From NCBI GenBank assembly GCA_965247095.1, contig OZ251997.1:3840001-3904000 (forward strand): 64,000 nucleotides of DNA, read 5' to 3'. Below the pieces are notes generated by a model. It did no database searches, had not been told where the DNA came from, and worked only from the letters and a program-made list of their open reading frames with translations. This DNA comes from Candidatus Multivorans sp. Its GTDB lineage: Bacteria > Acidobacteriota > Thermoanaerobaculia > Multivoradales > Multivoraceae. This document shows positions 50,699 to 60,787 of the stretch, piece after piece. The translations under genes were made by a program, and so were the position numbers. How positions within the stretch are numbered: position 1 is the first letter of the stretch; every line of letters starts with the position of its first letter.

Positions 50699-51490
50699 GT
50701 GTACTCGTTGAGCAGCCCGCCGCGGAACGGAGGGGCGCGTCACTTGCACCCGTGGGGAACGCGGGTTCTTGCTGCCGCCGTCTGTTTGTGCGGGCCTCTC
50801 GGGGTCGCGGCGCAGCCGAACGTCGAGGTCGACCACTTCGCCTCGCAGCGGAGGGTGATGGTCGACGAGCAGATTCGGGGCCGCGGTATCGAGGAGCCGC
50901 GGTTGTTGAACGCACTGGAGACGGTGCCCCGCCATGAGTTCGTGCCCGAGGCGCTGCGAGACGAGGCGTACCGCGACGAACCGCTGCAGATCGGTTCCGG
51001 CCAGACCGTGTCGCAGCCCTACCTGGTGGCGCTGATGGCCGACCTTCTGGAGCTCGACGGCGACGAGAAGCTGCTGGAGATCGGCACCGGTTCGGGGTAC
51101 ACGACCGCGGTGCTGGCGCGCCTTGCGCGCCGGGTGTACTCGATCGAGATCATCGAGGACCTGGCGGAGAGAGCGCGGGCGGTGCTCGACGACCTGGGTT
51201 ACGGCAACGTCGAAGTGCGGGTCGGCGACGGTTACCGGGGCTGGCCGGAGGAGGCGCCGTTCGACGGCATCCTGTTGTCCGCGGCGCCGTCCGAGGTGCC
51301 ACCGCCCCTGCTCGAGCAGCTCAAGGTGAACGGCGTCCTGGTCGCGCCGGTCGGTCGAGCCCTCCAGGATCTGGTCGTGATCCGGAAGACTGCCGACGGC
51401 CTGGTGCGCCGCCAGGTCGATGTCGTGCGCTTGGTTCCCATGGTCGGGCGCGCGCAGGAAGACCCGGAGGGAGAGAATCCGAACTTCTAG
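50699..51490 (+). CDS. pcm: Protein-L-isoaspartate O-methyltransferase with a signal-like N-terminal extension
   Basis: VPRHEFVP, GQTVSQPY, LEIGTGSGY, GDGYRGWPEEAPFD. Confidence 0.92.
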   Translation: MYSLSSPPRNGGARHLHPWGTRVLAAAVCLCGPLGVAAQPNVEVDHFASQRRVMVDEQIRGRGIEEPRLLNALETVPRHEFVPEALRDEAYRDEPLQIGSGQTVSQPYLVALMADLLELDGDEKLLEIGTGSGYTTAVLARLARRVYSIEIIEDLAERARAVLDDLGYGNVEVRVGDGYRGWPEEAPFDGILLSAAPSEVPPPLLEQLKVNGVLVAPVGRALQDLVVIRKTADGLVRRQVDVVRLVPMVGRAQEDPEGENPNF

Positions 51491-51499
51491 GAACGGGGG

Positions 51500-51575
51500 T
51501 GGTGGAGCAGAAGGGACTTGAACCCTCGACCCCCACGTTGCGAACGTGGTGCTCTCCCAACTGAGCTACTGCCCC
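51500..51575 (-). tRNA. tRNA-Ala(CGC)
   Basis: GGGGCAGTAGCTCAGTTGGGAGAGC...CCACG-TTCGCAA-CGTGG...GGTTCAAGTCC...CTCCACCA; 76 nt with encoded CCA. Confidence 0.96.
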
Positions 51576-51711
51576 ACAGGCTTGCCCCCGAGGCCCCGGG
51601 GGCGCCGGATTGTAGCAGCGCCGGGGTGTATGATCGGCGAGCGTGGCGGCGGTGCCGTGTGAGGCGACGTCGGATAGCCATAACTGACTGACTTCCAAGA
51701 AGAAAACGGAC

Positions 51712-52101
51712 ATGAGCAACGCGAAGAAGAATGAGGCGGACGGCGACAGCAGCAACGTGACTTCGATGGATCTGGCCCGCGAGGCAGTCGCCGAGGGCGT
51801 GGAGAAGGCGCGCTCGGCGGTCACTGACCGCGTCGATGCGGCGCGCGAGCGGATGCGCGACTCGAAGCTCTCGGAGCGTGTCAAGAAGGCGTCGGGTCGG
51901 GCCGGCGAGGCGGCTCGCGAAGGCTACGGCGTCGCCAAGGAGAAGCTCGGCCACGGCTACGAACGGGCGCAAAAGGATCTGGACCAACTGGTCGGCGACG
52001 TGAACGTGTACGTCCGCGACAACCCCGGCCGGGCGGTGCTGATCGCTGCCGGCGTGGGCTTCGTCCTGGGGTTCCTGCTGCGTCGTGACCGCCGCGCCTG
52101 A
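51712..52101 (+). CDS. ElaB/YqjD/DUF883-like tail-anchored protein
   Basis: C-terminal YVRDNPGRAVLIAAGVGFVLGFLLRR. Confidence 0.85.
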   Translation: MSNAKKNEADGDSSNVTSMDLAREAVAEGVEKARSAVTDRVDAARERMRDSKLSERVKKASGRAGEAAREGYGVAKEKLGHGYERAQKDLDQLVGDVNVYVRDNPGRAVLIAAGVGFVLGFLLRRDRRA

Positions 52102-52315
52102 ACAGCCCGCGATCGAGGATCGGATCGTCGGTAGTCTGACGCCCGGTCTCGACTGGGTGTCCGTGGTCCGGACCTATCCCCTGGCCTCCGTTGCGGTGGC
52201 CGCGTCGATCGGTTTCCTGGTCGGGCGCGCCCGGGGGCGGGAGATCATGGGCATCCTCGGTGACCTCGCCGGCGAGCGGGTCGACGAGAGCGTGCGCAGC
52301 TTCCTCGTTCGGTAG
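52085..52315 (+). CDS. Small membrane protein with a DUF883-like helix
   Basis: VRTYPLASVAVAASIGFLVGR; overlaps the upstream gene. Confidence 0.6.
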   Translation: MTAAPEQPAIEDRIVGSLTPGLDWVSVVRTYPLASVAVAASIGFLVGRARGREIMGILGDLAGERVDESVRSFLVR

Positions 52316-52323
52316 CAACTTCG

Positions 52324-53169
52324 TTGGGCCCCAGGTTGTCCGGGGTCGTTCCAGCGGTGCGCCGCCTGCTCCATCTCTCCGATATCCACTTCGGGCCGCC
52401 TCACTACGAGCCTGCGGCAGCCGGGGTGGAAGTGCTGGTCAGGGAGCGCCGGCCCGATCTGGTCGTCGTATCGGGAGACCTGACCCAGCGCGCCAGGGCA
52501 GGTCAATTCCGGCAGGCGCGCCGGTTTCTGGAGGGCCTGGGACTGCCCTTTCTGGCTGTGCCGGGCAACCACGACGTGCCCATGTACCGGTTCTGGGAGC
52601 GGCTCCTCGACCGCTACGGCGCGTACCGCCGGCACTTCAGCACCGACCTGGAGCCGTGCTTCCTGGACGATGAGATGGAGGTCGTCGGTTTCAATACCGC
52701 GTTCAACCTGACCATCGACAACGGCCGCTTCACGGGTAGGCAGTTGGCCGGCGTGCGCGAACGGTTCGGCGCAGGCAAGTCCGGCTCTGGGCACTCTCCG
52801 GTGCGGATCGCGGTCGCCCACCATCCGCTGGCGGCCCTGCCCGAACTCATGGGCTGGCGCACGGCGCGCCGCAACGACGAGGCGCTGGCCGCTTTCGCCG
52901 CGGCCGGTGTCGACCTGGTGCTGTCCGGCCACGTCCACGTCGCTGCCGTCGGACAGGCGCCGGATTGCCCGCGCCGGCTGTGGCTGGTGCACAGTGGGAC
53001 ATCCACCTCCAGGCGCGGCCGGGGAGCGGAGCAGGGCAGGAACAGTTGCAACTGGATCACCCTGGAGACGGGGCCGGAAGGCCGCACGGCCCGGGTCGAG
53101 CAACTGGTCTGGTCGGAGGATCGCGGCCGCTTCGAAGTCGAAACGGTCCACGACTGCGAGCTGGCGTGA
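52324..53169 (+). CDS. Calcineurin-like metallophosphoesterase
   Basis: HLSDIHFG, SGDLT, PGNHD, HHP, SGHVH. Confidence 0.9.
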   Translation: MGPRLSGVVPAVRRLLHLSDIHFGPPHYEPAAAGVEVLVRERRPDLVVVSGDLTQRARAGQFRQARRFLEGLGLPFLAVPGNHDVPMYRFWERLLDRYGAYRRHFSTDLEPCFLDDEMEVVGFNTAFNLTIDNGRFTGRQLAGVRERFGAGKSGSGHSPVRIAVAHHPLAALPELMGWRTARRNDEALAAFAAAGVDLVLSGHVHVAAVGQAPDCPRRLWLVHSGTSTSRRGRGAEQGRNSCNWITLETGPEGRTARVEQLVWSEDRGRFEVETVHDCELA

Positions 53170-53220
53170 CGACGATTGAGCAGCGTGACGACGATTGAGC
53201 GGCGTGACCATGATTGATCT
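53164..53220 (+). repeat. Three tandem 19-bp units spanning a stop codon and the next start codon
   Basis: GCGTGACGACGATTGAGCA / GCGTGACGACGATTGAGCG / GCGTGACCATGATTGATCT. Confidence 0.75.
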
Positions 53221-54496
53221 GCGGGCGTTCGACCGGGTAACCGCCGAGGCGGAGACGCTGGACAACGGTCTGTCCGTCGTTCTGCTGCCCCGGGCGGACG
53301 CCGAATCGATCGTCACGGTGGTGTGCTATCGCGCCGGCAGCCGGGACGAGGGTTCAGGCGAGGCCGGTCTCGCCCACTTCCTGGAGCACATGATGTTCAA
53401 GGGGTCGGCGCTCTACCCGCCGGGAGCGATCGACCGCGTGACCCAGGGTCTGGGCGGTACCAACAACGCCTTCACGTCGCACGATGTCAGTGCGTACCAC
53501 TTCCAGTTCGAACGCCGCTCCTGGGGTGAGGCGCTGTTGATCGAGGCGGATCGAATGCGCGGGCTGAACCTGCTGCCGGAGGAGATCGAGAGCGAGCGCG
53601 AGGTCATCCTCGAGGAGATCCGGATGGTCGAGGACGATCCCTGGGACGTCCTGGAGCAGGCGGTGGCGCTGCGCGTTTTCGGCGGCCATCCCTACGGCCG
53701 CCCGGTGCTGGGCACCAGGCAGAGCCTTCGCGGACTGGACGCCGCGTCTCTCGGCTCGTTCCACCGCCGCCACTACCGTCCCGGCAGAGCGGTTCTCGTC
53801 GCGGCCGGAGGCCTGCCGTCGGACGCGATGGAGTGGATCGAAGCGGCGTTGGGGAACGGCCGCAGTGGAAACGCGGACGTCTCGCCCGCATCCGACGCTC
53901 GCGCGTATCTTGAGCCACCAATCTTCGATGCCGCGCCGACGCGCCGGGTCGAGCTGCGCCGCGGCGAGATGGCGCGTCTCCTGGTCGCGCATCCGGCGCC
54001 TGCCGCCGACGATCCGCTGTCCGTCCACGTTCGTCTCGCCCTGACCGTCCTCGCCAGTGGACGCGCGAGTCGCATCCAGCGCGAACTGGTCGAACAGGAC
54101 CCGCTGGCGCTCTGGGCGGCCGGCGCGGCCAGCGGTCACCGGCTGGGAGGCATGTCGACCCTGGCAGCGGAAGCGGCGGCGGGAGTTGAGCCGGCTCGGC
54201 TCGAGGCCGAGCTGTGCGCGCGGGTCGACGGCCTTGCCGCGAGCCCGCCGTCGGCGGAGGAACTCGCGCGGGCGAAGCGCGTGTTGTTCGCCGACTGGGT
54301 CTTCATGCACGAGCGGATCGCGGAGCTGGCGGTCTCGGCCGCCATCGAGCACGCCCTCTTCTTCCCCGGTTTCAGCCGCGACTCGTTCGAGGTGCTCGCC
54401 CGTGCCACCGCCGCCGACGTCTCCGATGCTTGTGCGGTCTGGCTGGCCCCGGCGACCCGGATCGTCGGCTGGTCGCTGCCGGACGGTTCGCGGTGA
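53210..54496 (+). CDS. M16 family zinc peptidase, catalytic subunit
   Basis: GLAHFLEHMMFKGS (HxxEH), NAFTS, EREVILEE, HPYGRPVLG. Confidence 0.92.
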   Translation: MIDLRAFDRVTAEAETLDNGLSVVLLPRADAESIVTVVCYRAGSRDEGSGEAGLAHFLEHMMFKGSALYPPGAIDRVTQGLGGTNNAFTSHDVSAYHFQFERRSWGEALLIEADRMRGLNLLPEEIESEREVILEEIRMVEDDPWDVLEQAVALRVFGGHPYGRPVLGTRQSLRGLDAASLGSFHRRHYRPGRAVLVAAGGLPSDAMEWIEAALGNGRSGNADVSPASDARAYLEPPIFDAAPTRRVELRRGEMARLLVAHPAPAADDPLSVHVRLALTVLASGRASRIQRELVEQDPLALWAAGAASGHRLGGMSTLAAEAAAGVEPARLEAELCARVDGLAASPPSAEELARAKRVLFADWVFMHERIAELAVSAAIEHALFFPGFSRDSFEVLARATAADVSDACAVWLAPATRIVGWSLPDGSR

Positions 54497-55788
54497 AGGT
54501 GGGAAGCTCCGGGCCTCTCGCCGCGGGCGAGCGCGAGCCTTCGCGCCTCGACCTGTGGTCCGGCCGGCTGCGCCTTGCCGCGCTGCGCGTGCCGGGCGCC
54601 GGCGTCGTGGCGGCACGGGCCTGGCTGCGCGGCGGCGCCCGCATCGAGCCGTTGCCCGGTCTGTCGCTGTTGTGCGGCCGCATGCTGGTCGAGGGCAGTG
54701 CTCGCCGGACCTGGCGCGAGATCGCGGAACAGGCCGAGGCGCGCGGCGTCTCGCTGGGCGGCTTCGCGACCGCTGAGGTCCACGGTCTCAGCATCGACGC
54801 GCTGGCTGACGATGCCGGGCTGGCGCTCATGTGGCTGGCCGAACTGGTGCTTGAACCCGGCTTCGATCGGGCACGCTTTGAACTGCTGCGCGACCAGACC
54901 CTGGGCGAACTCCAAAGCTTGGCGGATCGCCCCGAGGTGGTCACCGGCTGGGCTTTCCGCGATCAGCTCTACCACCCGCATCCGCTGGCGTCGCCGAGCC
55001 AGGGGACGCCTGCATCGCTCGATCGGCTGACGCCGGATGACTGCAGGCGATTCCATGGCAGCGCCCTGGCGCGCGGCGGTGTGGTCGCGGTGGCGGGGGA
55101 CATCGACGAGCAGGCGGTGCTGGCGGACCTGGAGCGCTTCTTCGAGGGCTTCGCCGGCGCTGCCGTCGAGCCGGCTGCGGCTGCGGCGGCGGGGTCGGAA
55201 CCGCCGCCGCCACGCGGCCGCTCCCGGCAGCGGATCGAGGTCGCCACCGGCTCACGCGAGCAGGCGCACGTGTATGCCGGCCATTTCACCGTCGACCGGC
55301 GGCATCCCGATCTGCCGGAGCTGCGCGCTCTCGGCATCCTGCTCGGGTCCGACGGTCTGGCCGGTCTGATTCCCAACCGCATTCGCGAACAGGAGGGTCT
55401 GGCGTACGCCACCCACGTCGATCTGCTGGCCGGCGCCGGCACCGATGCGGGTGCTCTCTCCGTCTACCTTGGCACCCACCCGGATCATGTCGAGCGCGGA
55501 CTCGAGTTGGTGCGCGACTCGCTCTTCCAGGTGCTGGAGCGGCCACCCGATGCGGCCGCTCTGGAGGTGTGCAAGACCGGCATGCTCGGCCGCGAACCCT
55601 TTCTCACCGAGACCGCCGGACTGTGGGCCGGCCTGCTCGTCGATGCGCTGCTCTTCGACCTGCCGAGCTACCGGCGTCCGTGGCGGCTCCAACGGATCGA
55701 ACGGCTCAGCCCGGACGGGGTCTTCGAAGCGGCGCGGCGGCACCTCGAGCCGGAGCGAATGCGGGTGACGGTGGGGCTGCCTGCCTGA
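54493..55788 (+). CDS. M16 family peptidase, non-catalytic partner
   Basis: M16 fold motifs (HPLA...GT, IREQEGLAY) without HxxEH; GTGA overlap. Confidence 0.85.
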   Translation: MKVGSSGPLAAGEREPSRLDLWSGRLRLAALRVPGAGVVAARAWLRGGARIEPLPGLSLLCGRMLVEGSARRTWREIAEQAEARGVSLGGFATAEVHGLSIDALADDAGLALMWLAELVLEPGFDRARFELLRDQTLGELQSLADRPEVVTGWAFRDQLYHPHPLASPSQGTPASLDRLTPDDCRRFHGSALARGGVVAVAGDIDEQAVLADLERFFEGFAGAAVEPAAAAAAGSEPPPPRGRSRQRIEVATGSREQAHVYAGHFTVDRRHPDLPELRALGILLGSDGLAGLIPNRIREQEGLAYATHVDLLAGAGTDAGALSVYLGTHPDHVERGLELVRDSLFQVLERPPDAAALEVCKTGMLGREPFLTETAGLWAGLLVDALLFDLPSYRRPWRLQRIERLSPDGVFEAARRHLEPERMRVTVGLPA

Positions 55789-55910
55789 CTGCCGCGCGGT
55801 GACCGGAGGCCGCTATGGGCCTGAGCCCCTGTGATACCTTCGCCGCCGCTTCCGGGCGGTTTGACTTGGCGTTTCGGGAGGCCAGGAGCTTGCGCGGTAG
55901 AACGATCTGA

Positions 55911-55946
55911 CCTGGGAACGCGGGCATCCTGCCCGCATCCGGCGCG
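55911..55946 (+). repeat. REP-like palindrome
   Basis: CCTGGGAACGCGGGCATCCTGCCCGCATCCGGCGCG; related copies at ~20447, 23273 and 53867. Confidence 0.7.
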
Positions 55947-56020
55947 AAGCGCCGGCCTCCGGCAGTTCTGCCGCGCCAGGTCAACCCATTCCGGTCGCGG
56001 ATGTTCAGGCAGAGAACGAC

Positions 56021-57144
<1,124 letters not shown>

Positions 57145-57145
<1 letters not shown>

Positions 57146-57522
57146 TGATTCCCGACGATCGCCTGTACACGGAGCAGCACGAATGGCTCAAGCTGGAGGG
57201 CGGTGAGGCCGTACTCGGCATCACGGACTTCGCCCAGCAGGAACTCGGCGATGTCGTGTTCGTCGACATGCCCGCGCCGGGCCAGGCATTCGGGGCCGGT
57301 TTCGAGATCGGCGCCATCGAATCGGTCAAAGCGGTCGCGGAGATCTACACCCCGGTCGGAGGGACTGTGGAGGCGACGAACAGTCAGCTCGAGGACGCTC
57401 CCGAGCTGGTCAACGAGGATCCGTACGGCGAGGGTTGGCTGGTGCGGCTGCGGCTGGACGGCGAGGCGCCGGACGACCTGTTGACGGCAGCCGAGTACGA
57501 GGTTCTCCTGGCGGCCGCCTAG
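57145..57522 (+). CDS. gcvH: Glycine cleavage system H protein
   Basis: YTEQHEW, GITDFAQQELGDVVFV, IESVKA, NEDPYGEGW. Confidence 0.96.
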
Positions 57523-57716
57523 GAGTTGAGTCGCGGCGTCCGCGCCGCGCTGACGCACAGGAAACATGGCTTGTTTTATGCAAGGCTGCGCGGTAGAAAT
57601 GCAACGAAGTGCAGGACAACGCGCAGCCTCCTGGGGAGGTGGGGGCTGGGGCCAGACGCCGAGCCTGCGAGGCGTTTGGCGGCGCTGAAAGGGTTGCCGG
57701 GAGCGGAGGCGGTCCG

Positions 57717-58175
57717 ATGCGAGGTCTGGAAACCGTCATCCTGTCGTCGAGTCTGGCGGCGTGGTCGGTCGGCATCCTGGCTCAGATCGGCGTTCTCCGG
57801 TGGAACCTGACCTTCGAGCTCGCGCTCTATCCGCTCTACATTCTGGCCGCGTTCGTGGGCTGGTTCTTCGGCAACGTCTACGTCCACCGTCTGAAACGGG
57901 AGCGGGGTTCGGCGGGCCGCAGGCTGGACGAGATCGTGCTTCTGATCGCCCGTTCGCGGCTGCTGTTCGTGCTCTACCTGTTCGGTCCGCCCGGCTGGCT
58001 CTACCTGGTGCGATCCATGGCGAGGCGAGAGCAGCTCGAAGCGATGCCCCTGGTGCCGATCCTGACCTTCGGCGTCTACGCGGCCCTGTTCGCGGTGCCG
58101 GTGGTGCTGCGGGGCTCCGCCGCGCCGCGCCGCAAGTTCGAACTGGGTGGCGGCGACGACGACTCGCCGCCATAG
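57717..58175 (+). CDS. Hypothetical membrane protein (about four TM helices)
   Basis: Hydrophobic segments; codon usage like neighbouring genes; start uncertain. Confidence 0.6.
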   Translation: MRGLETVILSSSLAAWSVGILAQIGVLRWNLTFELALYPLYILAAFVGWFFGNVYVHRLKRERGSAGRRLDEIVLLIARSRLLFVLYLFGPPGWLYLVRSMARREQLEAMPLVPILTFGVYAALFAVPVVLRGSAAPRRKFELGGGDDDSPP

Positions 58176-58185
58176 ACTCGCCTCC

Positions 58186-59013
58186 ATGGAGTGTGCGACA
58201 ACGATCCCGCCTGAGGCTTCCGGGGTCTCCACCCGGATTGAGGCGCTCGAGCACGACCTGGCGATCCGCGGCCCGGTGCTGGTGGCGTTCTCGGGCGGCG
58301 TGGATTCGGGACTGGTCGCGGCCCTGGCGCACCGTGCCCTGGGCGACCGGGCGCTGGCGGTGACGGCCGCGGCCGAAACGCTCGCCGGCGAGGAGCTGGA
58401 CAACGCCCGGAGACTCGCGGCCGAGATCGGAATCCGCCACGAGGTGACGGTCTACAGCGAGCTCGACGACCCGGAATTCCGCGCCAACCCGCGGCACCGC
58501 TGCTACGTGTGCCAGGGGATGCGGATGGACCGCATGCTGGAGTTGGCGGCGAACGGTGGGTTCGCCACCGTCTGCGACGGCACCAACGCCTCCGATCCGG
58601 GGCCCGACCGCCCGGGACTCCGGGCGGTGGGCGAGCGCGGCGTCCACAGTCCGCTGCTGGCGAACGGCGTCTCGAAGGCCGAAGCCCGTCGCCTCGCCCG
58701 TGCGCTCGGGCTCAGGGTCTGGGACCGGCCCGCCAACGCCTGCCTGTCGTCGCGGATACCGCATGGACAACTGGTGACCCTGCCCAAGCTTCGCCGCATC
58801 GAGGCCGGGGAAGCCGAACTGCGAAGCCGGGGCTTCCAGGTGCTTCGGGTGCGACACGACCGCGCCGCGGCGCGGGTCGAGGTGGGTGCGGCGGAGCTGC
58901 TCGAGGCGGAACGGCAGTGGGGCGAGATCGAGGCTCGGCTACTCGAGCTGGGCTTCGAGGGTGCGGCCCTCGACCCGCGGGGCTACCGGACCGGCGGCGC
59001 GGACGCCGCCTGA
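58186..59013 (+). CDS. larE: ATP-dependent sulfur transferase LarE
   Basis: VAFSGGVDS, NP..RCYVC, DGTN..D....RPG, CLSSRIPHG. Confidence 0.9.
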   Translation: MECATTIPPEASGVSTRIEALEHDLAIRGPVLVAFSGGVDSGLVAALAHRALGDRALAVTAAAETLAGEELDNARRLAAEIGIRHEVTVYSELDDPEFRANPRHRCYVCQGMRMDRMLELAANGGFATVCDGTNASDPGPDRPGLRAVGERGVHSPLLANGVSKAEARRLARALGLRVWDRPANACLSSRIPHGQLVTLPKLRRIEAGEAELRSRGFQVLRVRHDRAAARVEVGAAELLEAERQWGEIEARLLELGFEGAALDPRGYRTGGADAA

Positions 59014-59030
59014 CGCTGCCGGGAGGCGGA

Positions 59031-59798
59031 ATGCGGCGCGAGGAACTTCTCGAACTGCTCCGCGGCGTGGCCTCCGGCAAGGTCTCGCCGGAGGACGCCC
59101 ACGAGCGGGTGGCCCGCCTGCCATACCTCGATCTGGGTGTCGCCAAGCTCGACCTGTTCCGGGAACTCCGGAGTGGGCTGCCCGAGGTCGTCTTCGGCCA
59201 GGGCAAGAGCGACGGCGAGCTGGTCCGGATCGTCGAGTCGATGGTGGAACATTCGGGCCGGGCGCTGGTCACGCGGATCGCGGCGCCGGCGGCCGAACGG
59301 TTGAGCGCGGCGGTCGCGGACGGTTGCTACGAGCCGCGGGCGCGGGTCTGGACCGTGGGCCGGTTCGGGCCGGCTTCGGGTCGCAGGATCGCGGTGGTCA
59401 GCGCTGGAACGTCGGACTTCCCGGTGGCCGAGGAGGCGGCGGTGTGCGCCGGCTGGTTGGGTCACGATGTCGAGCGCATCCGGGATGTCGGGGTCGCCGG
59501 CCTCCAGCGTCTGCTCGGCGCGGTCGACGAACTTCGCCGTGCCGATGTCGCCGTGGTCGTGGCCGGCATGGACGGCGCCCTGCCGACGGTGGTTGCCGGT
59601 CTGGTGCCCTGTCCTGTGGTCGCGGTGCCGACCAGCGTCGGCTACGGCGCCAGCTTCGAGGGGATCGCGCCGCTGCTCACCATGCTCACAGCGTGCGCGC
59701 CGGGGGTTGCGGTGGTCAACATCGACAACGGGTTCGGCGCGGCGGCCCTGGCTCACCGCATCCTCCGGCTGCGAGAGACCAGCATCGCGTCGCCGTAG
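59031..59798 (+). CDS. larB: Nickel-pincer cofactor biosynthesis protein LarB
   Basis: PEVVFGQGK, SAGTSD.PVAEEA, DVGVAGL.RL, AVPTSVGYG, VVNIDNGFGAA. Confidence 0.93.
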   Translation: MRREELLELLRGVASGKVSPEDAHERVARLPYLDLGVAKLDLFRELRSGLPEVVFGQGKSDGELVRIVESMVEHSGRALVTRIAAPAAERLSAAVADGCYEPRARVWTVGRFGPASGRRIAVVSAGTSDFPVAEEAAVCAGWLGHDVERIRDVGVAGLQRLLGAVDELRRADVAVVVAGMDGALPTVVAGLVPCPVVAVPTSVGYGASFEGIAPLLTMLTACAPGVAVVNIDNGFGAAALAHRILRLRETSIASP

Positions 59799-60787
59799 GA
59801 GTAGAAGCGGAACCCGCTCGCCACTGCCTGCCGGTAGGGGTCGAGGGTGCGCTTCCGGCCGGCGAACGCGCAGACCAGCATCAGCGGGGTCGAGCGCGGC
59901 AGGTGGAAGTTGGTGATCAGGCGGTCCGTGACCTGGAACTCGTAGCCGGGGCGGATGAAGAGTTCCGTGCGGCCGCTGCGGGCCTCGATCAGGCCTCCGC
60001 CGGAGGCCACGGTCTCCAGGGTGCGGACAACCGTGGTGCCGACCGCGACCACCTTGCCGCCGCGGCCGCGCGTGTCGGCAATGGCCTCGGCGGTGGCGGC
60101 TGGGACGTCGAACCGTTCGGAGTCCATGATGTGGGTGTCCGGATCGTCGGTCTTGACCGGCCGGAAGGTGCCGGGGCCGACGTGGAGTGTGATCCCGGCC
60201 AGTCCGATCCCGCGGCGGCCGAGTGCCTCGAGGATGGCGGGCGTGAAGTGGAGGCCCGCTGTGGGGGCGGCGACGGCGCCCGGTTGTCTGGCATAGACGG
60301 TCTGGTAGCGCTCGCGATCCTCCGGTGACGCCGGCCGCTCGATGTAGGGCGGCAGGGGCGCCTCACCGATCGCCTTGAGCAGGGGCTGGATCGGTTCGTC
60401 GAAGCGGAGCCGGAAGCGGCCGCCCGCGCGTTCCTCGACCCGGCCCGCCGGTCCGCCGTCCAGCGAGATGCGGGCGCCCCGGTCCATCCGCCGTCCCGGA
60501 CGCAGCAGACACCACCATTCGGCTTGCGCCGCGCGCTCGACCAGCAGGATCTCGAGCCGGCCGCCGGTCGGCCGACGGGCCCGCAGCCGGGCGGGAATGA
60601 CCCGGGTGTCGTTGACCACGAGCAGGTCGCCTGGATCGAGCAGGTCCGGCAGCTCGGCGAACCGCCGCTCCACCGTGGCGTGGCCGACCACGAGCAGGCG
60701 ACTCTCACCGCGTGTTCCCGGGTGCTGGGCGATGGCGTCCGGGAGCAGGTGGTAGTCGAAGTCGGACGTCTTCAGGCCGTCGGTCAT
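59753..60787 (-). CDS. queA: SAM:tRNA ribosyltransferase-isomerase
   Basis: DFDY.L...IAQHP, VNDTRVIPARL, PLPPYI, GAVAAPTAGLHF, TNFHLPRS, FYSYGDAM. Confidence 0.96.
   Translation of the reverse strand: MTDGLKTSDFDYHLLPDAIAQHPGTRGESRLLVVGHATVERRFAELPDLLDPGDLLVVNDTRVIPARLRARRPTGGRLEILLVERAAQAEWWCLLRPGRRMDRGARISLDGGPAGRVEERAGGRFRLRFDEPIQPLLKAIGEAPLPPYIERPASPEDRERYQTVYARQPGAVAAPTAGLHFTPAILEALGRRGIGLAGITLHVGPGTFRPVKTDDPDTHIMDSERFDVPAATAEAIADTRGRGGKVVAVGTTVVRTLETVASGGGLIEARSGRTELFIRPGYEFQVTDRLITNFHLPRSTPLMLVCAFAGRKRTLDPYRQAVASGFRFYSYGDAMLVSRSRRMR

Noticed and set aside
51500-51575. tRNA-Ala as an integration site
   Set aside because: No integrase and no duplicated tRNA 3' end seen nearby.
55790-56020. 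Glycine riboswitch upstream of gcvT
   Set aside because: The conserved GGAGA...CCGAAG...CTCTCAGG elements are not visible; the structure present is the REP-like repeat.
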